This document shows positions 43,319 through 52,317 of a stretch of 64,000 nt of DNA, piece by piece. This stretch comes from a virus, in the IMG/VR virus record IMGVR_UViG_3300027809_000002; one strand, written 5' to 3'. The notes under the pieces are model-generated. The model had not been told where the DNA came from. It was given only the letters and a program-made list of their open reading frames with translations, and did not search any database. The position numbers and the translations under genes were made by a program. Positions within the stretch are counted from its first letter, which is position 1. Each line of letters begins with the position of its first letter.

Positions 43319-43851
43319 TAGTTGTACTCTCCTTTAACGCGTGTGTGTTTTTCGAATATCATCATAAATAAATTATTTTCATCAACATCTTTAACTTCTA
43401 AAACTTCACGTTTGAACTCGTGGAATAATTTATATTTAAAATTAGAACTTAACTTTGTGTCACCTTCAAATTTATTTTGAATTAATGTGATGTATATTTC
43501 TTGTACATATGGCATAAACTGTTCATATACGTTCATTCCACCAATGATCCATAAATCTAAATTACCTGTAACTAAATCATATTCATTAAAAATCCTCTCA
43601 ACTGAATCTACATGATATAAATATTTACCATTCTTATACGCTGCTGGATTACTTGTCAAAACAACATTCTCTCTATTTGGTAAGGGCTTGCTACCAAGTG
43701 ACTCAAATGTCTTTCTACCCATTACTACGATATGACCTTCTGTGAGCTCCTTGAATCGGTTTAAATCATAAGGGAGGGAGCGACCCCAAGGAAGAGAATT
43801 TCCGTCACCTATAACGCCGTTCAAGTCACAAGCTAAAATCATCTTTATCAT
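43318..43851 (-). CDS. folA: dihydrofolate reductase
   Basis: ILACDLNGVIG...LPW...DL.RFKELT.GH.VVMGRKTFES signature. AAGGAG RBS. TGATG overlap with the upstream HNH gene. Confidence 0.85.
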   Translation of the reverse strand: MIKMILACDLNGVIGDGNSLPWGRSLPYDLNRFKELTEGHIVVMGRKTFESLGSKPLPNRENVVLTSNPAAYKNGKYLYHVDSVERIFNEYDLVTGNLDLWIIGGMNVYEQFMPYVQEIYITLIQNKFEGDTKLSSNFKYKLFHEFKREVLEVKDVDENNLFMMIFEKHTRVKGEYN

Positions 43852-44378
43852 CAACAAACAACTCCTTTAATTTCTTTTTCCCATTCTTTTCTTTGAGCGA
43901 TAGCTTCATCTTTATCTTCAAATGATTTTCTTTTTATCTTTTTATTGATATTTATTTGTGATACCCATTTCCCTTTAGTCTTACAATAACTAACGCCCTT
44001 AATTCCTGAAGTGTTATTTTTGAAAATACCTTTGTTATGTTGCTGCTCACTGTCTGTCGATATTTTCAAGTTAAAGTCAATGTTATTCAAACCATTTTTA
44101 TCTTTGTGATCCACTGTTAATCCTTTTGATAATTCACCATTTTTAGATTCGATTATCAATCTATGCATAAGGATTTTTTCTTTTCCTTTTCCACCTCTAG
44201 CGTAATAAGTATAACTTGTTCTATCTGTATGCATATACCATCTATAACTTAAAACTAATTCTTTATGTTCTTTCGAGAAAAATGTACTACCTTTGATATT
44301 CCCATGTTTATCTAACATGAATAATTCTATACAGTCGTCATGTTCTACATAGTTGTTAGGCGTGAATTTATTTGACAA
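43851..44378 (-). CDS. free-standing HNH homing endonuclease with an AP2-like DNA-binding domain
   Basis: TVDHKDKNGLNN (HNH core) followed by SGIKGVSY..KGKWVSQI (AP2-like). TTG start. Confidence 0.7.
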   Translation of the reverse strand: MSNKFTPNNYVEHDDCIELFMLDKHGNIKGSTFFSKEHKELVLSYRWYMHTDRTSYTYYARGGKGKEKILMHRLIIESKNGELSKGLTVDHKDKNGLNNIDFNLKISTDSEQQHNKGIFKNNTSGIKGVSYCKTKGKWVSQININKKIKRKSFEDKDEAIAQRKEWEKEIKGVVC

Positions 44379-44489
44379 GATAACACCATCCTTTTTTTAA
44401 AAGTTAAGGAAAGGCATAAAGCCCTTCCTATTTATTTACCCTCTTTCCATTCAGAAATTATTTTAGTAATTTCATACACATTGTTTTCT

Positions 44490-44762
44490 CTATTCATTGA
44501 TATTCACCTCTTCTTTGTTAATAGTTATAATTGTAGTTGTTGTTTTCTTGATTACTTTACCTTTAATTTCTTTAGCTAAAGTTTTTGCATATTCAATATT
44601 TTTTTCTGTATTTTCATATTTGAGAGAGTTACCTTCAATACTAGTAAAAGAAACTGTCTCAAGTTTACTTGAAGGGGTGAATCTCGCTGCACTAACGAAC
44701 AATCCATCCTTTTCTACAATATATCTGACTATAACTTCGTGTTTCGCTACTTTGTTTTCCAT
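44490..44762 (-). CDS. hypothetical protein
   Basis: AAAGGGGGA RBS. Confidence 0.5.
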   Translation of the reverse strand: MENKVAKHEVIVRYIVEKDGLFVSAARFTPSSKLETVSFTSIEGNSLKYENTEKNIEYAKTLAKEIKGKVIKKTTTTIITINKEEVNINE

Positions 44763-44780
44763 TTTAAATCCCCCTTTTTA

Positions 44781-45722
44781 TTATTCAGCTACTTGCATTT
44801 TAACGCGTGGTAACTTAACTTCATCATCATAGAATCTTAATTTAAAACTATCCGGTGTGAAGTCGTAGAATCTTTTAACTTTAGGATCAATCCATAATTC
44901 AGGTGTTCTATGAGTTTCGTTTTGCATTTGTTGTAGCATTGGCATAATGTGACGGTCATAAACATGTACATTATCGATGTTGAATACCAAACTACCAATC
45001 TTAAATCCTGTAACTTGAGCAACCATGCATTGTAAAATGTAATATTGGAATACGTTAAATGGTTGTCCTAAACCTAAATCATTTGAACGGACATTAACTG
45101 TAAGGTGTAATTCGCCGCGTTGAGTTTGCCAATGAGTTTCATATACACATGGTTCTAATGCCATATCATCTAAGTCTTCAACGCACCATAATGTTGTTTT
45201 AATACGGCGTGATTTAGGATTTGACTTCAATGTGTAAAGCAGATAATCAACCTGATCCAATTTCCAATAACCTTTAGCATCGTGTGGTACAGCATTCATT
45301 AATTCATCGTCATTAATCATATCAATTAATAAATCTGTTTCCTTAACTGTTCTAAATTTGTTTATTAATTGCCAACCGTAAGCTTTACCAATTGTTCCAT
45401 CTTCTCGTTCCCATTCAGACCAAACAGTTTTATTAGTACCATTCAACTTTCTTAAATCGTCTACAACATTCGATTTCCAAACCCAAATCCAAAACATTTC
45501 TTTAATCGCTAACTTCCATGCTACATACTTAGAAGTTAAGATTGGTACAGCTCCACTTTCAAAACGTAGCTGCTTATTTAAGTATTCAATCGTATGAGCT
45601 GGTGTTTTAACTCCTTCATCATTCCATACGGTTCTTACATCTTGTCCAATTGTAGAACATCCTTCTTTTAATACTTGCCAAAATTGTTCTTCGTAAAGTC
45701 TATCGTAATGTGTTGTCATCAT
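44781..45722 (-). CDS. thyA: thymidylate synthase (B. subtilis ThyA / phi3T ThyP3-like subtype)
   Basis: KEMFWIW, VWSEW, DQVDYLL..LK.NP.SRR, MALEPCVYE, RSNDLGLGQPFNVFQY, DNVHVYDRH. Confidence 0.8.
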   Translation of the reverse strand: MMTTHYDRLYEEQFWQVLKEGCSTIGQDVRTVWNDEGVKTPAHTIEYLNKQLRFESGAVPILTSKYVAWKLAIKEMFWIWVWKSNVVDDLRKLNGTNKTVWSEWEREDGTIGKAYGWQLINKFRTVKETDLLIDMINDDELMNAVPHDAKGYWKLDQVDYLLYTLKSNPKSRRIKTTLWCVEDLDDMALEPCVYETHWQTQRGELHLTVNVRSNDLGLGQPFNVFQYYILQCMVAQVTGFKIGSLVFNIDNVHVYDRHIMPMLQQMQNETHRTPELWIDPKVKRFYDFTPDSFKLRFYDDEVKLPRVKMQVAE

Positions 45723-45731
45723 TGTTCCCCC

Positions 45732-45917
45732 TTAAATATCAACTTTCATATCTAATTTTAAATCTCCAGGTTCCCATTCATGAACACGATAATTTTGTTG
45801 TGACTTAACTTTAATTTCGATTTTTTCTAATGGGATATAAGCATTTATTTTTCTTTGAATATCATCTTGAATTAACTGTTTAATTTGTTCTGAGTTATAA
45901 GAAAGAGCGATTTCCAC
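45732..45917 (-). CDS. hypothetical protein
   Basis: Start overlaps the upstream stop. Confidence 0.45.
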   Translation of the reverse strand: MEIALSYNSEQIKQLIQDDIQRKINAYIPLEKIEIKVKSQQNYRVHEWEPGDLKLDMKVDI

Positions 45918-46192
45918 TATTCAACACCACCTTCGTAAATATCGGCTAATTTGTGAATTAATTTAGCGTAAGTTTCATCTTCTTCAATCTCTTTATCTAC
46001 AGCAGGATCAGCAGCTTCTACCTTCCCTGTTTTTTCATCTTCCACTAATTCAGCGTTGAAAATCTTTTCAATACGTTCATCTAAAGCTTTATCGTAACCT
46101 TCTAAGTTACCACTCTTTTCATCCCAAATCGCTGCAACTCCACCGATTAAAACTAACAATTCCGTTTTTGTAAAAGTTATTTTGTTTTCCAT
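45917..46192 (-). CDS. small acidic protein
   Basis: AAGGAGTTGAAG RBS. Strongly E/D-rich C-terminal half. Confidence 0.5.
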   Translation of the reverse strand: MENKITFTKTELLVLIGGVAAIWDEKSGNLEGYDKALDERIEKIFNAELVEDEKTGKVEAADPAVDKEIEEDETYAKLIHKLADIYEGGVE

Positions 46193-46224
46193 TTAACTTC
46201 AACTCCTTAATAAGTTATGTTTCA

Positions 46225-46253
46225 AATATAAACTACTATTTTATGTTCGTCAA
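46225..46253 (-). promoter_or_regulatory. sigma-A-like promoter (leftward)
   Basis: On the minus strand: TTGACG, 17 nt spacer, TATATT. Confidence 0.6.
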
Positions 46254-46260
46254 CACTTTT

Positions 46261-47001
46261 TTATGAATGTTTTGATAAAAATAATGGACAAGCATGTTTG
46301 TACTCGCAAAAGTTATTACACCAAAACCAATTGTACGTAGCTGCATAATTACTTGATTTAATCTTTTCCCATTGCGCTTTAATCTTTGCTTTAGCTAATT
46401 CTAAATGCACATCGTCGATAATCACTGTACGTGTTTCGTTATGCATAAAGTGGTCAAATTCAAAGATGTCAGGTTTAACACCAGTAACTAAATAATAAGC
46501 TAATGGATAAACATATGGTTGCCACTGTTCGCTCATTTTCTTAGGCGTAAACGGCTTAGATGACTTGAAATCTCGAATAACTATCTTACCGTATTCATTA
46601 GTGTAAGCTAAGTCAATAAAGCCATATAGTTGTGGTACAGTGAAATCAAATCCTACAGTGAATTCTAATTCTGATCCAATGAGTATTCCCTTTCTTCTCA
46701 TTTCAGTTAATACATAATAGCGTTCAATAATGGCCTGTTTACCTTTTTGATAATATTCACCACGCTTATCTTCAGGTATTTCACAAGTTGGGAATCCTTT
46801 ATCGAAATCAGCTACAGCGTATTGGTCAACTTGATAATTACCTTTAGCTATTTTATCAAAGATATCATGACAAAGTTTACCGAAAGCTCCATACCAAGTC
46901 GTTACAGGCGATACAATGTTTGTTCCTTCTACATAATCGAATTTAAAACTTAACGCGCATACATCAATTAAAGTTAACCTACTTGATGATAAATAATTCA
47001 C
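46261..47001 (-). CDS. PD-(D/E)XK nuclease, Cas4/RecB-exonuclease-like, with a C-terminal Cys cluster
   Basis: An early Cys (LIDVCALSF), IDL...VIRDFKSSK, and a terminal WFWCNNFCEYKHAC that looks like Fe-S ligands. Confidence 0.65.
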   Translation of the reverse strand: MNYLSSSRLTLIDVCALSFKFDYVEGTNIVSPVTTWYGAFGKLCHDIFDKIAKGNYQVDQYAVADFDKGFPTCEIPEDKRGEYYQKGKQAIIERYYVLTEMRRKGILIGSELEFTVGFDFTVPQLYGFIDLAYTNEYGKIVIRDFKSSKPFTPKKMSEQWQPYVYPLAYYLVTGVKPDIFEFDHFMHNETRTVIIDDVHLELAKAKIKAQWEKIKSSNYAATYNWFWCNNFCEYKHACPLFLSKHS

Positions 47002-47028
47002 TTTACTTCATCCCTTTCCAACGAATAG

Positions 47029-47253
47029 TCACTTTTTATACTTCATTTCATCTTTCGCAATTTCATAACTAACCCATAATAATACGGCGATAATCACCAT
47101 TGACCAAAATATAACTTTACCAACTAATATTCCAAACCAAACTACACCACCTAATACAGCTATAACTATCCAAAAAGTTATGAAGGCCGCCGCAACAACA
47201 GCAGCAAGCCCCAAAACTATGAATAAAAATACTTTTAAAGTTTCTTTAATCAT
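47029..47253 (-). CDS. small membrane protein
   Basis: Two to three TM segments. Confidence 0.5.
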   Translation of the reverse strand: MIKETLKVFLFIVLGLAAVVAAAFITFWIVIAVLGGVVWFGILVGKVIFWSMVIIAVLLWVSYEIAKDEMKYKK

Positions 47254-47452
47254 TTTTATCTTCCTTTCTGATCCCTAAAAGTCGGTTATATTCTTTTGCA
47301 AAATCAATGAAATGTTCCCTAGTTTCAACTAACTTCTTCTTTGTGAAAATAACTTCTTTACGTAACTTTTGAATTTGTTTTATATTCCAGTATTGCCAAA
47401 CGCCAACTATTATAGAAAGTAATCCTATGCCAATGTCATATTCATTCATCAT
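47246..47452 (-). CDS. small membrane-anchored protein
   Basis: One N-terminal TM segment. Confidence 0.5.
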   Translation of the reverse strand: MMNEYDIGIGLLSIIVGVWQYWNIKQIQKLRKEVIFTKKKLVETREHFIDFAKEYNRLLGIRKEDKND

Positions 47453-47594
47453 CTTCTACCTCCCTTGTAACTTCTTCGACTATAAATTGATTAGAGATAT
47501 CACCATTCAAATGAGAATCTACAAAACTTAAAACTTCTGAAGGTGTGAATTGTCTACTTTCGATAGTTATTTTCAAAGTTATCGATTCTGTCAT
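47442..47594 (-). CDS. hypothetical protein (50 aa, below the ORF-track cutoff)
   Basis: AAAGGAGAAAA RBS. ATGA coupling with the upstream ORF. Confidence 0.45.
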   Translation of the reverse strand: MTESITLKITIESRQFTPSEVLSFVDSHLNGDISNQFIVEEVTREVEDDE

Positions 47595-47746
47595 TTCGTT
47601 TTCTCCTTTGCTTTTTTATAAATCATTTGTTTAATGAACTTTCTTCTGAAATGATAAACTTTATTAAGGTGACGTTCTAATTCAATAAGATTATCATAGT
47701 CATCCCACAATTCTTCAACTAATGTTTCTAAGTCAGGAAAAGTCAT
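47591..47746 (-). CDS. hypothetical protein (51 aa, below the ORF-track cutoff)
   Basis: AAAGGAG RBS, 7 nt spacing. Confidence 0.45.
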   Translation of the reverse strand: MTFPDLETLVEELWDDYDNLIELERHLNKVYHFRRKFIKQMIYKKAKEKTK

Positions 47747-47758
47747 ACCATCACTCCT

Positions 47759-48115
47759 TTAGTATCTAATTACACGTAAATCTAATTTATAAGCTGTAGC
47801 AATGTCAATCATATTACGTGTGCCATGACTTGAACCGTCCCAAAAGCAAATACAAGCGTCAGCATATTGAGCCATTTCTTTATTACGTTTAGCTCCTGCT
47901 TTCTTACCGTGAGTTTCCCAATCAGCAGGGAATTGTTTTACAGGGATGTTATATTCTTTAGCATACCATTCACCTAACTGATCCGCCCCTTCAGCTGTAC
48001 CACTTACAATTTCAATATCACGTTTATCTAAAGTTACAAACAAATGATTTAACATCGCTTTTAACTTTCCATAATCAGTGAAATTCCTACCACCTGCTAC
48101 AATAATTTTCATCAT
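47759..48115 (-). CDS. DUF2493 / SLOG-superfamily (DprA/LOG-like Rossmann) protein
   Basis: IIVAGGRNF...IVSG.A.GADQLGE.YA ... remembered YspA/DUF2493 pattern. Confidence 0.55.
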   Translation of the reverse strand: MMKIIVAGGRNFTDYGKLKAMLNHLFVTLDKRDIEIVSGTAEGADQLGEWYAKEYNIPVKQFPADWETHGKKAGAKRNKEMAQYADACICFWDGSSHGTRNMIDIATAYKLDLRVIRY

Positions 48116-48118
48116 TTT

Positions 48119-48244
48119 TCATTCTCCTTTCATAAGCCATTTATAAAATTTACCTAAGTATTTGAAATAAATCATTGATACAGGTATAAGAACCATTCCT
48201 GTTAATACGCCATACATAAGACCCCTAATTATAAACCATTCCAT
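48119..48244 (-). CDS. 41-aa membrane peptide
   Basis: GGGGGAG RBS. Hydrophobic core. Confidence 0.4.
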   Translation of the reverse strand: MEWFIIRGLMYGVLTGMVLIPVSMIYFKYLGKFYKWLMKGE

Positions 48245-48255
48245 TGTTACTCCCC

Positions 48256-49278
48256 CTATTGATACCATTTTGGATTTTTTAAACAAAGATTAAATGTTTC
48301 CATATTCAAATCAGCCGGATCAGCTATAAATGGTGGTATTGTAATCCACACATTACAACCTTTTTCTTTTAACCGCGCTGCTGTCTTCATAGCTGCTACT
48401 TGACCAGCCATCGATTCATCATCATCATGGTCAATAAACAACACAATATCGACCCCTAACGATGCTAATAAGTTAAGTTGACGTTCTGTAACTGAAGTCC
48501 CTAATGTAGCTACAAAATTATAATGTCCGTATTGGTAAGCTCTCCACACACTATTAGCAGATTCAACAACACCAATCCAACGTTTTTCCCTAGCGTACAT
48601 ACTAGCGACATAAAAATTGTATAACGTTAAGTTAGCTGATTGGCCTTGTTGAGTTGAACCGAACATATACTTAGGATTGATATTATCATTCGTTGTACGT
48701 CCCTGAATAGCTACTAGACGATTCTGTTCATCAAATACAGGGTGAACTATTCTATCCTTTAAAGAACCGTTAAATGGGTAATAACCAAGCATAAATTGTT
48801 TTGCTACTTCAGGTGTGTAACCTCTATTTGCCCAATACGGATGTAAACCAAATTGAATCGCATTACCTATAGCTGGATCAATCGGAACTGGTTCAGTTAA
48901 TTCTTCTTCATGATAATTGTAACCTTCAATCATTCCGTTATTAATTTGTTTGTCCATTTCCTTTCCACTTGCAAAAGACATCCAACCTATTGCATCTTGG
49001 AAACTATGACCGCATTGCTTAGTAATAAATTCAATTAAGTCAAGGTTAGAAAATGTCTTTTTAGTGAAGTCAGTCACACGGAACTTTTCTTCATCATAAT
49101 TATAAGTTGCCGCGCATCCATTTGGATTATCCCCACCTCTAAACCAAGCAGGGAATCTCCAATCTGAACGATTTTTATTCATTGGTCGTAACAGTTTAGA
49201 GGGGCAACCTAAGAAGGTGAAAAGTACCCCTATATCAACTGTCTTGTTTAATTGCGCTATCTCTTTTTTAGTAATCAT
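48256..49278 (-). CDS. dnaG: DNA primase (TOPRIM domain)
   Basis: VVESANSV (TOPRIM Glu) ... LFIDHDDDESMAG (DxD). Lies directly upstream of the helicase gene in transcription order. Confidence 0.65.
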   Translation of the reverse strand: MITKKEIAQLNKTVDIGVLFTFLGCPSKLLRPMNKNRSDWRFPAWFRGGDNPNGCAATYNYDEEKFRVTDFTKKTFSNLDLIEFITKQCGHSFQDAIGWMSFASGKEMDKQINNGMIEGYNYHEEELTEPVPIDPAIGNAIQFGLHPYWANRGYTPEVAKQFMLGYYPFNGSLKDRIVHPVFDEQNRLVAIQGRTTNDNINPKYMFGSTQQGQSANLTLYNFYVASMYAREKRWIGVVESANSVWRAYQYGHYNFVATLGTSVTERQLNLLASLGVDIVLFIDHDDDESMAGQVAAMKTAARLKEKGCNVWITIPPFIADPADLNMETFNLCLKNPKWYQ

Positions 49279-49297
49279 ATAATCACCCCTCTATTTG

Positions 49298-50656
49298 TTA
49301 TACACCTTTAATTTTACCGTCAGCCCAACCTAATTCTTTAACGCTATGAATGTTTTGTTGGAAATCAAACACAATAGCTCTACCGATTAAGTTTTGGTCA
49401 ACTTTACGTCCTGTAGTTAATACTAATTCATGAGTACCATATTTCAATGGATCAGAAGTATCAGTTCTGTACAAGAAACAAATAACATCGGCTAACTTGC
49501 CAAAATGTGATGTCTCCCAAAACTTCCATTTCTTCGTTTGTTCATTTATGATAGCTTGTCCTGAAGTGATTACAGGTATTTTACATTGCTTGGCTATCTT
49601 CTCTTTCAATGTATCAATCTTAGCCGCCATAACTAAATCTGTACGACCTACATCGATTTCGTGAGATTGTATTTTAACATAATCGTAGACAAATAGCTGA
49701 ATGTTGTACTTTAACTGTAACTCTTTAACTTTACTTTCAAGTTTGCTATTATCCATCATATTAGCATTGAAATAATAAAGCGGTAATGATTCAACTTTTT
49801 CCCATGCTTGATTTACTAATTGTTCTTGCATTTCATTAAGGTTATCATTAGAAATGGAATCTTCAGGAACACCTGATAATTTAGAAACGATACGCAAAAG
49901 AATCTCTTCTTCTGTCATTTCTGTATCGGCATATGCTACAGGTATTCCATAAGCTTCAACCAAGAATATAGCTATATCAAGCATGAATGAAGATTTACCG
50001 ACCTTTTCAGGCGCTCCAATAACGTATAGAGCTGCTGGACGTAACGCTTTAAACATTTGGTTAAGAAGAGGGTATTTTTCAGCTATACTGATACCTGCCG
50101 CTTCTTTACTTTTAATTGCTTCTCGTACACGTTGTACTTTAGTACCAATCTTCTTAACTTCTTCATCGTTATCTAAGTTGGATCGTAAAGCGTAAATATT
50201 TTCTTTTATTCTTTCGTCAATAGCTTGTACATCAATGAATTCTTGACCAGCTTCAGAATCGTAATTTGTTTCTGCATAAGCGATAACTTTGTTAGCTGTT
50301 ACAATTGCGTTTCTTCTGTACGTATAACTTTTTAACATCTTAACTTGAGCTTCAATTGAAGGTGTTTCAGGTAAAGTGTTATCACGGAATGTACCTTCAA
50401 TCATGTAAGTACCACCAGCTGTTAGAAAGTTTTGATGTTCTTGTTTTCTTTCTGCTTCCAATAGTGTCATAATACCTTCAGCACTAATACCTCCACTAGC
50501 TGATGCTCTTAACATAGCGCCAAACATAACACGATTGTTGTGATCCACGAAATCATTTGGCTTTAACTTTTGAGCAATTTCAGGAATCATTGCTTCACGG
50601 TTGTACATAACTTTCAAGATATAAAATTCAGTTGATTTACTATGAAGTTCGGCCAA
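49298..50656 (-). CDS. dnaB: replicative DNA helicase (DnaB-like)
   Basis: Walker A GAPEKVGKSSF, RecA-like C-terminal domain, 452 aa. Confidence 0.8.
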   Translation of the reverse strand: MAELHSKSTEFYILKVMYNREAMIPEIAQKLKPNDFVDHNNRVMFGAMLRASASGGISAEGIMTLLEAERKQEHQNFLTAGGTYMIEGTFRDNTLPETPSIEAQVKMLKSYTYRRNAIVTANKVIAYAETNYDSEAGQEFIDVQAIDERIKENIYALRSNLDNDEEVKKIGTKVQRVREAIKSKEAAGISIAEKYPLLNQMFKALRPAALYVIGAPEKVGKSSFMLDIAIFLVEAYGIPVAYADTEMTEEEILLRIVSKLSGVPEDSISNDNLNEMQEQLVNQAWEKVESLPLYYFNANMMDNSKLESKVKELQLKYNIQLFVYDYVKIQSHEIDVGRTDLVMAAKIDTLKEKIAKQCKIPVITSGQAIINEQTKKWKFWETSHFGKLADVICFLYRTDTSDPLKYGTHELVLTTGRKVDQNLIGRAIVFDFQQNIHSVKELGWADGKIKGV

Positions 50657-50661
50657 TTAAA

Positions 50662-51264
50662 TCACCCTTTTAATTCTTTTCTAAACAAATGCATACATTG
50701 TTCATAATAACTTTCTTTTTCCAACATATGAATAAGTTTGTCTACCTTTGCATATAATACTTCTAAAGACTCATTATTTTCGATGACGATACCTTTTAGA
50801 CCAGCTTGTTCTGTTTCTGTTGAATGACCAAACGCTCCCATATCGATATCACCATCACGTTCAACCACACGACTTACACATTTATCAAAATCAGTAACAA
50901 CTTTAACCGGAATGTAACCTTTTTCTAGGTAGTGTGAATACTCGTATGTACGTCTTACATCCGTAATAACGTGCAACGGTTTTTCGTCTAGTTGAAATGT
51001 TTCAGTATAATTATTATGGTCTTTAATCCATAACTCAATATCTTTATCAAGTAAGTCAATCCATTTAGTTTGACCACAAATTTCTTTAACTTTTTCGCCA
51101 ATCTTGATTAAGTTTGTTTTAGTAGGAGGTAAACCAAGTATTTCAGCTGTCCTCCTTATTCTATCGGCAAGGGCAAACTTCATATAAGTATGTCGTAATT
51201 CTAAATGGTTAGCAACGGTATCTTTACCGCTACCGCGTAGACCAAGGATCATAATATTAACCAT
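50662..51264 (-). CDS. P-loop kinase, putative deoxynucleoside monophosphate kinase
   Basis: AAAGGAGGAAC RBS. ILGLRGSGKDT P-loop. Confidence 0.45.
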   Translation of the reverse strand: MVNIMILGLRGSGKDTVANHLELRHTYMKFALADRIRRTAEILGLPPTKTNLIKIGEKVKEICGQTKWIDLLDKDIELWIKDHNNYTETFQLDEKPLHVITDVRRTYEYSHYLEKGYIPVKVVTDFDKCVSRVVERDGDIDMGAFGHSTETEQAGLKGIVIENNESLEVLYAKVDKLIHMLEKESYYEQCMHLFRKELKG

Positions 51265-51565
51265 TTGATTGTTCCTCCTTTTCTTTTTCAAGCTTTAACT
51301 TAACTCCTTTTGTTGCTTTACGGATATCCATTACAGCCTTTTGAATGAATGATTTTAAATCTTCAACTGTAGTAACGTCACAATCGATAATTTCTTTATT
51401 TAAAATAGCTACACAAGCACTTTCTAAGTTAGGGTAGAAACCATCTTCTTTATAATCGAATACACCAGTCCCTTTACCATCTTTTTGTTTCTCATAACGT
51501 TTATTGATTACTACGTTAAGTGGCTTAGTTGTAATTTTATAGTTTTCAGTTACTTGGATTTCCAT
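51257..51565 (-). CDS. hypothetical protein
   Basis: GGAGGG RBS before the internal ATG at 51565. Confidence 0.5.
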   Translation of the reverse strand: MEIQVTENYKITTKPLNVVINKRYEKQKDGKGTGVFDYKEDGFYPNLESACVAILNKEIIDCDVTTVEDLKSFIQKAVMDIRKATKGVKLKLEKEKEEQSNG

Positions 51566-51566
51566 T

Positions 51567-51938
51567 TTATTTACCCTCCATTTCAGAAATGATTTCATTT
51601 AATTTAGCTAATACATTTTCTTTTCTTGAATCATTTTTACTTTCATCATTAGTTAATTGTAATTCGTATACAGAACTTAAAATAGGTGATAACTTTTTGA
51701 TTTTTTCATGAATAGTTTTACCATGTTCATCTAACCATTCATTATCAAAATCACTTAAATAAGAACCTTCTAATACATCCATATCTTCATCTGTTGCGTT
51801 CATTTCTTTGAAGATATGACCAGCTGCACAATAACATTTTCCGTACATTATATTATCTTCGTGGTAATTACCATCTGCTAAATATTCAGCTGCTTCAATA
51901 CGTTTTCTTGCTCCTTTTAAAATTTCAATTAAATTCAT
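51567..51938 (-). CDS. hypothetical protein
   Basis: AAAGGGGGTAAA RBS. Confidence 0.5.
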   Translation of the reverse strand: MNLIEILKGARKRIEAAEYLADGNYHEDNIMYGKCYCAAGHIFKEMNATDEDMDVLEGSYLSDFDNEWLDEHGKTIHEKIKKLSPILSSVYELQLTNDESKNDSRKENVLAKLNEIISEMEGK

Positions 51939-51939
51939 T

Positions 51940-52101
51940 TTATTTACCCCCTTTATTACTTAAATTTAAAATATAAAACATAGCTGACATGAAGATGATG
52001 AAACCTAAAATCATCAAGTACCATTCATCGTTAGCGAAACAAATTCCTGATCCTAAACCGTAGATTAATAACGCGCATGTAATTTTGAAGTTTTTACTCA
52101 T
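51940..52101 (-). CDS. 53-aa membrane peptide
   Basis: Overlaps the upstream stop (ATGAGTAA). Two hydrophobic segments. Confidence 0.4.
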   Translation of the reverse strand: MSKNFKITCALLIYGLGSGICFANDEWYLMILGFIIFMSAMFYILNLSNKGGK

Positions 52102-52303
52102 CGATGTTCACCATACTTTCAATGAAATAAGTTGTAACTTGTCCACTTAATTTTTCACAAGTTTTATCGAATTCGTTACTATCTTTTGTATCGTGTGGAA
52201 ATTTAATAAGACCAGTACCTTTGTTTTCATAAGTTTCTTCTTTCTCTACCCACGGAAGTAAAGTTCCGATACCACCTGTTACATTAGTTAATTTGCTTCT
52301 CAT
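52094..52303 (-). CDS. hypothetical protein
   Basis: AGGGGGA RBS before Met-14 of the ORF-track ORF. Confidence 0.45.
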   Translation of the reverse strand: MRSKLTNVTGGIGTLLPWVEKEETYENKGTGLIKFPHDTKDSNEFDKTCEKLSGQVTTYFIESMVNIDE

Positions 52304-52317
52304 TTTAAATCCCCCTA

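Noticed and set aside
44395-44497. A 19-20 codon minus-strand ORF (MNRENNVYEITKIISEWKEGK) between the 90-aa gene and the HNH gene
   Set aside because: It is very short and hydrophilic, has no clear RBS, and its start is embedded in the preceding gene's last codons. I saw no feature that separates it from chance.
44781-45722. Idea that the ThyA homologue is a dUMP hydroxymethylase indicating hypermodified thymidine, because the catalytic motif is PCV rather than PCH and a P-loop kinase and a dUTPase-like gene are present
   Set aside because: The motif MAL.PCVYE.(H/Q)W and the overall pattern match, from memory, the genuine B. subtilis ThyA / phage phi3T ThyP3 subtype. The uracil-specifying Asn in PFN is kept. 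A DHFR gene sits in the same operon, and DHFR is needed only if folate is oxidised, as it is by a true thymidylate synthase. Nucleoside analysis of the phage DNA would settle the question.
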